Of a stretch of 64,000 nt of DNA, positions 57,621 to 64,000 are shown in pieces (position 1 is the stretch's first letter; each line of letters begins with the position of its first letter). Source of the stretch: Nitrospirota bacterium (lineage in GTDB: Bacteria; Nitrospirota; Thermodesulfovibrionia; Thermodesulfovibrionales; JdFR-88); NCBI GenBank assembly GCA_021789935.1, contig JAJYIR010000007.1, positions 11,050 through 75,049 on the forward strand, read 5' to 3'. The notes under the pieces were generated by a model, which was not told the DNA's origin, searched no databases, and worked only from the letters and a program-made list of their open reading frames with translations. Made by a program: the position numbers and the translations under genes.

Positions 57621-57770
57621 CCCTGATGATTGATGGGCCTCCAATTTTGTACTATGATTTTTAGAAGCGCAGGACGTTTTCCCTTTCCACCAAAGACCAA
57701 GCAATTAAAAAAACACTTTTTCCCAAAGCAAAAAACAAAGCACTTTCTATCAAAGGAGGACCACGGAAAA

Positions 57771-58973
57771 ATGGCGGAAGTTTATCATGCCCTTGGTCTT
57801 AACATGCACCAGCCCCCGGGAAACCTGCTTGCCCTCCACAATTCGCAGGAGAGGTGGGAGGCAAGGCAGATCCTCTGGTGCTACGACAGGCCCACCCGCA
57901 TGCTGGAAGGTTACGAGGACGTTGCCCGGCCCCACATGAGTTTCTCCGGCACGCTTTTAAAACAGCTGGAAGACCCTGCCATCCGGGAGACCTTCCAGGA
58001 TGTGGTGGACGTGGAGGACTTCCTTTCCCGCTACAGGCGCTCGCAATGCATAGAGTTCCTGGGGACTGGCCTCTACCACCCGGTCTACCCGCTTATACCT
58101 CCTGCAGACTGGGACACCCAGACCGCATGGTGGAAGGGCCTGGGGTGGAACCTGCTGGGCAGGGCCTGGTTTCAGCTTCAGGGTTTTTGGGCCCCGGAGA
58201 TGGGGTTTTGCATGGAGATGATACCCATGCTTAAAAGAAACGGTTACAGGTACGTGATAATCGATTCCATCTATATAAAGCCCAGGCGCCAGATGCGCTG
58301 GGAAGAGCAGCGTTACCGCCCGTATCTTGCCCGCTGGGGCGGCGAGGAGATTGTGGTTATACCGCGGGACAGGGAGCTTTCAAACGCGCAGGAATCCGGC
58401 CTGGACCCCGGATGGTTCCAGCACGAGGTCTACGAAAGGACAAAGCACTGCGATTTCCCCGCCCTGGTCACCACATGGACGGATGGGGAAAACGGAGGCT
58501 GGTTCCGCACCGTCCATGTGGATAGCGGTTTTTGGGGGCATTTCTACAGGCCCATACTGGACAGGTACAGGGCCGGGACCCTGGGCTTTACCCCCATACA
58601 TATAAACCGTTACCTGGACATGTTCCCGCCCTCCGAGGAGGTGGACATCTATCCCGGCGCGTGGAACACCGGGCACCACTGGGGAGGGGATTTCGGCCAG
58701 TGGACCGGTTCCCTGCTCCAGAAACGCGGGCTTGAGGAGCTGGGCAGGGCAAGCGCATATTACCGGCAGGTAAAACAGACCTTCGACCAGAGGGGCCATA
58801 CGGCGGGAAACCCGGAAGAGGTGCGCCACCTTATAACGTCGGCCTACGACCACATACTGAAGGCGGAGACAAGCTGTAACTTCTACTGGGGAAGCTGCTG
58901 GGTAAACCGCTCGTTTGACGGCATTGACCAGGCCTACCGGCTTCTGGATGCGGCCCGCTCCCTGATGCCCTGA
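57771..58973 (+). CDS. Glycoside hydrolase family 57 protein
   Basis: LNMHQPPGN, GFWAPEMGF (nucleophile region), WTDGENGGWF, and CNFYWGS. ATG 57771 is preceded by AAAGGAGGA. Confidence 0.8.
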   Translation: MAEVYHALGLNMHQPPGNLLALHNSQERWEARQILWCYDRPTRMLEGYEDVARPHMSFSGTLLKQLEDPAIRETFQDVVDVEDFLSRYRRSQCIEFLGTGLYHPVYPLIPPADWDTQTAWWKGLGWNLLGRAWFQLQGFWAPEMGFCMEMIPMLKRNGYRYVIIDSIYIKPRRQMRWEEQRYRPYLARWGGEEIVVIPRDRELSNAQESGLDPGWFQHEVYERTKHCDFPALVTTWTDGENGGWFRTVHVDSGFWGHFYRPILDRYRAGTLGFTPIHINRYLDMFPPSEEVDIYPGAWNTGHHWGGDFGQWTGSLLQKRGLEELGRASAYYRQVKQTFDQRGHTAGNPEEVRHLITSAYDHILKAETSCNFYWGSCWVNRSFDGIDQAYRLLDAARSLMP

Positions 58974-59319
58974 ATTGTGCCGGAAGCGCAAATTTCACGG
59001 GCAGCCTAAAAATGGCCGGCCCTTTGGGCATCCATTTTAAATTTAAAATCACCTTTAAGGCCGGGCTAAAGTTTTTAATGAATTGTGCCGAATAGAAACA
59101 TGAAGCCTCTTAGGATGTCTCCCTCCCCCAAAGGCGGCCGCCAACGCGGCCGCCTTTGCCCCTTCCTCCCCACCAAACCAAAAGCCCTTCTGTCCATCAA
59201 AAGAAGTTAAAACCGTTTCGGGCACTGAAGACAAAAAAACCCCTTGGCCTGCCCGCCTGAAAGTCATTTTCCCAGTTCGTAATGTTAGGATATATAATGG
59301 CTTTGTTAAAGGATATGTA

Positions 59320-59727
59320 ATGGAATGGACGGAAGACCTTGCCACCGGAAATGAAACCATAGACACCCAGCATAAGGAGCTTTTCCGCAGGATCAACGAC
59401 CTTGTTCTGGCCGTGCATCAGAGCGTCTGCAAATACAAGATAAGCGATGTGATAAAGTTCCTGGAGGACTATATCTCCTTCCATTTCGGTGAAGAAGAGG
59501 GCCTGATGCTGGGGCGTTCCTACCCGGGCTATAAAGCGCACAAGGCGCAGCACGAAAAGTTCAAAAGAAATTTTGTAAGGCTCAAAAAGGACCTTATTAA
59601 GCTCGACGGCGGCAAAAAACCCGGCTCCTACGGCCTTTCCGTCCGCACCAATCAGATTGTGGTGGACTGGATTGTGGAGCACATCGCCAGGGTGGACAGG
59701 CTTTTCGGAGAGTTCCTTCGAGGTTAA
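59320..59727 (+). CDS. Bacteriohemerythrin
   Basis: W...TGNETIDTQHKELF, HFGEEE, YKAHKAQHEKF, and WIVEHIARVD (His/Glu/Asp diiron ligands). Confidence 0.9.
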   Translation: MEWTEDLATGNETIDTQHKELFRRINDLVLAVHQSVCKYKISDVIKFLEDYISFHFGEEEGLMLGRSYPGYKAHKAQHEKFKRNFVRLKKDLIKLDGGKKPGSYGLSVRTNQIVVDWIVEHIARVDRLFGEFLRG

Positions 59728-59894
59728 TCTTAAAAAATTCCGTAAAGCCCTTCCCTGCGGAGATTTCAACCCCTGGCAAAAAACCTGCGCGGCCATATTG
59801 CACCCCTCCTTTTTTGCGTAATTTGACAATTTTGTAAGACAATTTGGTAAATGTAAACATTTTTGTCATAAATAACGTAAATTATTTCACTTAA

Positions 59895-60320
<426 letters not shown>

Positions 60321-60322
60321 CG

Positions 60323-61693
60323 GTGAGGCAGATAGTCAGATCCGTTTCGATTGTACTTGTTGCGGCCGCTCTTTTCGTATTTGCGTCCTCCATCGCGTCG
60401 CTTGCGGACCAGGGGGTAAACAACGCGCCCGCGGTCGCGGCCGCAGCGGCCCCGGCGGCCTCCCCCTCGCCTATAGACTCCGGAGATACCGCATGGCTCC
60501 TTATTTCCTCGGCTCTTGTGCTGATAATGACTCCGGCCCTCGGGTTTTTCTATGGTGGCATGGTGCGCAAGAAAAACGTGCTTGGCACCATCATGCACAG
60601 CTTCTGGGCCATATGCATAGTGAGCATAGTGTGGGTGCTATGGACATATTCCATGGCCTTCGGCCCGAGCATTCACGGGATAATAGGCAACCTGAGCTGG
60701 TTCGGGCTGAGGGGGGTCGGGCAGGGCCCGTCGCCGATAGGCTCTCCCAAGGTGCCGCACCTGGCCTTCATGGCCTTCCAGATGATGTTTGCCATCATAA
60801 CCCCGGCGCTCATAACCGGCGCGTTCGCCGAGAGGATGAAGTTTTCCGCCTACACGATTTTCATTGTCCTCTGGGCCACTTTCGTATATGCGCCCATCGC
60901 CCATTGGGTATGGAACCCTGACGGATGGCTTTCAAAGCTTGGCGCGCTTGACTTCGCGGGCGGAACGGTCGTCCATATCAACGCCGGCATAGCGGCGCTC
61001 GTCGCGGCCATGGTCATAGGGAAGAGAAAGGGGTACCTGGAGGTCCCGATGATGCCGAACAACATCGGCTATACCGTGCTTGGCGCATCGCTTCTATGGT
61101 TCGGCTGGTTCGGGTTCAATGCGGGCAGCGCCATAACATCCGGCGGGCTGGCCGCACTGGCCTTCGTTACCACCAACACCGCAACCGCCGCGGCGGCGCT
61201 TGGGTGGTCCTTCACGGAATGGGCGCACAAGGGCAGGCCAACCGTCCTTGGCGCGGCCTCCGGCGCTGTTGCGGGCCTTGTCGCGATAACCCCGGCGGCG
61301 GGTTTCGTGACCCCCATGGGGGCCATAGCAATAGGTGTTGTGGCAGGCATGATCTGTTATACCGCCGTGAACATGAGGCCGAAGCTGGGCTATGACGACT
61401 CCCTGGACGTAGTGGGCGTGCACGGATTGGGCGGTTTCTGGGGCGCAATCGCAACCGGAATCTTCGCGTCGCCCGCCGTCAACCCGGCGGGAAGGGGGCT
61501 GCTTTATGGCAATCCCCACCAGGTCATCATCCAGTTCCTGGCCTGCGGCGTCACGCTTGCATGGTCCGGAGTGGGCACGTACATCATTCTTAAAGTGGTG
61601 GACGCCGTCGTGGGGTTGAGGGTTTCCGAGGATGAGGAAGAGCTGGGTCTTGACCTCTCGCAGCACGACGAAACCGGCTACAATCTCTATTAG
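60323..61693 (+). CDS. amtB: Ammonium transporter
   Basis: DSGDTAWLLISSALVLIMTPALGFFYGGMVR, DFAGGTVVHINAG, and VGVHGLGGFWG. GTG start 3 nt after glnK. Confidence 0.96.
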   Translation: MRQIVRSVSIVLVAAALFVFASSIASLADQGVNNAPAVAAAAAPAASPSPIDSGDTAWLLISSALVLIMTPALGFFYGGMVRKKNVLGTIMHSFWAICIVSIVWVLWTYSMAFGPSIHGIIGNLSWFGLRGVGQGPSPIGSPKVPHLAFMAFQMMFAIITPALITGAFAERMKFSAYTIFIVLWATFVYAPIAHWVWNPDGWLSKLGALDFAGGTVVHINAGIAALVAAMVIGKRKGYLEVPMMPNNIGYTVLGASLLWFGWFGFNAGSAITSGGLAALAFVTTNTATAAAALGWSFTEWAHKGRPTVLGAASGAVAGLVAITPAAGFVTPMGAIAIGVVAGMICYTAVNMRPKLGYDDSLDVVGVHGLGGFWGAIATGIFASPAVNPAGRGLLYGNPHQVIIQFLACGVTLAWSGVGTYIILKVVDAVVGLRVSEDEEELGLDLSQHDETGYNLY

Positions 61694-61762
61694 GGGGGCT
61701 TTTTTAAAGGTTTTTTCCGAGAAGCTTTTTAAAGGGGCTGTTTCAGGGCACGCATTTCAGCA

Positions 61763-61798
61763 GGGGGCCGCTGCCATTCAAGACAGCGGCCCCCTTTT
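61763..61798 (+). terminator. Rho-independent terminator of glnK-amtB
   Basis: GGGGGCCGCTG-N10-CAGCGGCCCCC (11-bp stem) followed by TTTT. Confidence 0.75.
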
Positions 61799-61805
61799 GA
61801 TCTCT

Positions 61806-62192
61806 CTAAAGGTCTTCCACCGCTTTTTTGAGCTTGCTTTGCACCTCGAAGGCCAAAGGCATGAGGGTGGGGTTTTCGACTGCCTGCATCGAAGCCACCG
61901 GGTCTATGGCGGCCACTTCCACGTCCCCGGCGCTATGTTCCTGCACTATGACGCTGCAGGGAAGCATCGTGCCTATCTTGTCTTCGGCCTGCAGGGCCTT
62001 GTAGGCGTAATGGGGATTGCACGCCCCAAGTATCCTGTATTTCCTGAACTCCACGCCGATCTTTTCCTTAAGTGCCTTGTGCACGTCTATCTCCGTCAGT
62101 ACGCCGAAACCCTCCTTCTTTAACGATGCGATCGTCTTCTCCACGGCTTCCTCAAAGGGCATATTCAAATGCTTGCTGAAATAATAGCTCAT
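61806..62192 (-). CDS. DUF302 domain-containing protein
   Basis: FEEAVEKTIASLKKEGFGVLTEIDV...YRILGACNP...MLPCSVIVQE. Confidence 0.82.
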   Translation of the reverse strand: MSYYFSKHLNMPFEEAVEKTIASLKKEGFGVLTEIDVHKALKEKIGVEFRKYRILGACNPHYAYKALQAEDKIGTMLPCSVIVQEHSAGDVEVAAIDPVASMQAVENPTLMPLAFEVQSKLKKAVEDL

Positions 62193-62266
62193 CTTGCGAG
62201 TCTCCTTTCGTCAGAAAAAAATTTTTCTACTATCTAATCTATTGCCAAAAGGAAAAAGAGTCAAAT

Positions 62267-63541
62267 TCAGAACGGGTTGTTTAATATCCGCCATATCCTC
62301 CTGAGCACGGGAGGGTGCGAATAATAGAGCGTTACGAAAAGGGGGTGGGGCGGATGCGGGTTAGACAGGTTTTCCTTTGACAGCTTCACGAGGGCGCGGG
62401 CCATCGCCCGGGGGTCTGCCGTAAGGCTGCATGAAAAGGCGTCCGCCTCATCTTCATGCCGCCTTGAAAGGCGGTTCATGAACGCCCGTAACGGCAGTGA
62501 TATGATGCCCGCTATAAAGCCAAGGAGCGCCAGTTTTGCAAAAACCGTATCTTTGCTTATACCGAACACCGAGGAGAGCGCCCCGCCTTTAACAAGATGA
62601 TAAGCCGCCCACAGGCCGGCGAAAGTCAGCGCCTCCAGCAGGACCATCATCCTGAGCAGATGCTTTTTCTTCCAGTGGCCGATCTCATGCGCTATCACCG
62701 CAAGGGTCTCCTGCTCTTCCATGCCTTCAAGAAGGGTGTCAAAAAGGACGATCCTTTTCGTCTTCCCAAGGCCTGTAAAATAGGCATTGCTGTGCGTGCT
62801 GCGCTTTGAGGCGTCCACCTTCAATATGCGTCCCGCCTTTATCCCGGCCCGCTCCGCCAGCCGGATGACCTTTTCCTTAAGCTTTTCATCATCGAGGGGG
62901 ACAAACTTGTTAAAAAGCGGCTCTATAAACCTTGGAGATATGTACATCATCAAGACGCTGAACGCAAGCAGGAACACCCACACCCATAACCACCAGTGCG
63001 CGGGGCTCCGGCTGATCAGCCAAAATCCCGCAAAAGCCAGCACGGACACCGCTGCCGTGGAGATAAGGGCCGACTTCAGGAAATCGGATATCCAGAGCCT
63101 GGCGGTCATCGTGTTGAACCCGTACTTGTTTTCTATTTTGAAGGTGTTGTACAGGCTGAAGGGCACTCCAAGCAGTTCGCCCGCATAGAAAAGAATAAGA
63201 AAAAACAGCCAGCCCGAGACAGTGAAGGGGAGCCTTAAGGAGACGATCCAGGAATTAAGGACATTCAGAAGCCCGCCAAAGATGAAGAGGACCACCCCGA
63301 TGTTTCCGGCAACCCCCGAGACAAAGCCGAAACGGGTCTTCACGGCCTCGTAGTCTGCCGCCTTTGCAATGAGGTTTTCATCCATTTGCCCCCTGAACTC
63401 CGGCGGCACCTCGCGCCCGGCCTTCCCCAGGTATCTGAGGTTCAGGTATTGTACGAGATACTCAAAACCCTCGGTTGCGGCATAAAGGGCAAGGAAGACT
63501 GCGGCGTATGCTGTCAAGCGGGGTCTCCGTTCCATGGACAT
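62267..63541 (-). CDS. M48 family metallopeptidase (Ste24/HtpX-like, CAAX prenyl protease 1 architecture)
   Basis: HEIGHWKKKH zinc motif, N-terminal multi-TM region, and downstream EDEAD. Confidence 0.88.
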   Translation of the reverse strand: MSMERRPRLTAYAAVFLALYAATEGFEYLVQYLNLRYLGKAGREVPPEFRGQMDENLIAKAADYEAVKTRFGFVSGVAGNIGVVLFIFGGLLNVLNSWIVSLRLPFTVSGWLFFLILFYAGELLGVPFSLYNTFKIENKYGFNTMTARLWISDFLKSALISTAAVSVLAFAGFWLISRSPAHWWLWVWVFLLAFSVLMMYISPRFIEPLFNKFVPLDDEKLKEKVIRLAERAGIKAGRILKVDASKRSTHSNAYFTGLGKTKRIVLFDTLLEGMEEQETLAVIAHEIGHWKKKHLLRMMVLLEALTFAGLWAAYHLVKGGALSSVFGISKDTVFAKLALLGFIAGIISLPLRAFMNRLSRRHEDEADAFSCSLTADPRAMARALVKLSKENLSNPHPPHPLFVTLYYSHPPVLRRIWRILNNPF

Positions 63542-63826
63542 GGACTATCCATGCGTTTTAAAACATATTTTACTGTTACCGATGAGGGTCCATTAAGGGG
63601 GGTGGGGGCCTTTACGCTTCCGCCGCCCAGCCAGGAGTAATGACGCTCATGCGGCCCTCTCCGGGACCGTGGACAGCCCCGCAGGGCCATGACTAACGCC
63701 ACGGCGAAGACCACCGCCGCCAGGAGCAGTGCTTTCGCTTTACCCATCCGGGCGGGCTTGCGCCCTGTTTTTTTCCCTTTGGCCCGTTTTTTTCTCATAA
63801 GAATTTTTTCCCTGTTCCCCTTCTTT

Positions 63827-64000
63827 TTAATTCCGGGCCCTGTTTCCGGAACGGCCCGGCTTGATCAGTCCGGACTGGAATAAAAAGCCTGCGGCGGCAA
63901 TGAGAACGAACAGGATGGGGGAAAACCGCCTGCCTCCAATGTGGAGGGCCTGGAGGACCAGGTCCGCCCCGATAAGCGATGAAAGCACGATCAATGCAAA
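63827..64000 (-). CDS. C-terminal fragment of a hydrophobic (membrane) protein, 5' end outside window
   Basis: The frame is open from the window edge to TAA 63827-63829. Translation: FALIVLSSLIGADLVLQALHIGGRRFSPILFVLIAAAGFLFQSG... No family recognised. Confidence 0.3.
   Translation of the reverse strand, partial: FALIVLSSLIGADLVLQALHIGGRRFSPILFVLIAAAGFLFQSGLIKPGRSGNRARN

Noticed and set aside
63514-63798. 94-aa minus-strand ORF upstream of the M48 peptidase gene
   Set aside because: It has a basic N-terminus plus one hydrophobic stretch but no recognisable family. It overlaps the M48 start by 28 nt. The evidence is too weak to call it a gene.

Overview
This is a 64-kb chromosomal window from a diderm bacterium, indicated by Pal, RlpA, Slp-type lipoproteins and LPS-type sugar genes. 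GC content looks about 55-63% by hand counts on sample lines, except for an AT-rich block at about 41.3-49.7 kb. A DsrC-like gene, a selenocysteine-containing SelD, a hemerythrin and sigma-54 systems suggest an anaerobic sulfur/selenium-using lineage, but I cannot assign taxonomy from the sequence alone. All homology calls come from recognising family motifs in the supplied translations. No database search was run. Core content: tandem Slp-like lipoproteins, oppD/oppF-type ABC ATPases, a TlpA-like thiol oxidoreductase, speH, gap-pgk, DUF1015, rlpA, DUF523, a rhomboid protease, a DedA-PAP2 fusion, CIRCE-groES-groEL, an HD-GYP response regulator, htrA, pal, a DsrC-like gene, yihY, parA-parB with a nearby parS palindrome, arsR-selD(Sec)-tauE, an NtrY/NtrX-like sigma-54 two-component system with DUF4390, CBS-HPP, a PAS kinase, PilZ proteins, vapBC, a PF04008-hisI-HIT operon, GH57, hemerythrin, glnK-amtB, DUF302 and an M48 peptidase. 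The accessory part is a roughly 19-kb glycan cluster (36.0-55.3 kb). It carries rmlABCD, a Wzx-type flippase, gmd-fcl, a GT11 fucosyltransferase, several GT2/GT4 enzymes, up to five methyltransferase-fold genes and a UDP-sulfoquinovose synthase homolog. Items worth a second look: (1) selD is interrupted by an in-frame UGA at the catalytic Cys/Sec position and is translationally coupled to a TauE/SafE permease behind an ArsR regulator. (2) The Slp-like paralogs carry C-terminal tails that are about half tyrosine. (3) A roughly 200-bp hairpin-rich MITE-like repeat family has three copies, one carrying a CRISPR-like 32/28/32 module. (4) An SQD1-type gene sits inside the fucose/rhamnose/methylation glycan cluster. 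(5) The DedA-PAP2 fusion. (6) A 141-nt helix-closed element with two AGGAC-loop hairpins lies upstream of the GH57 gene.
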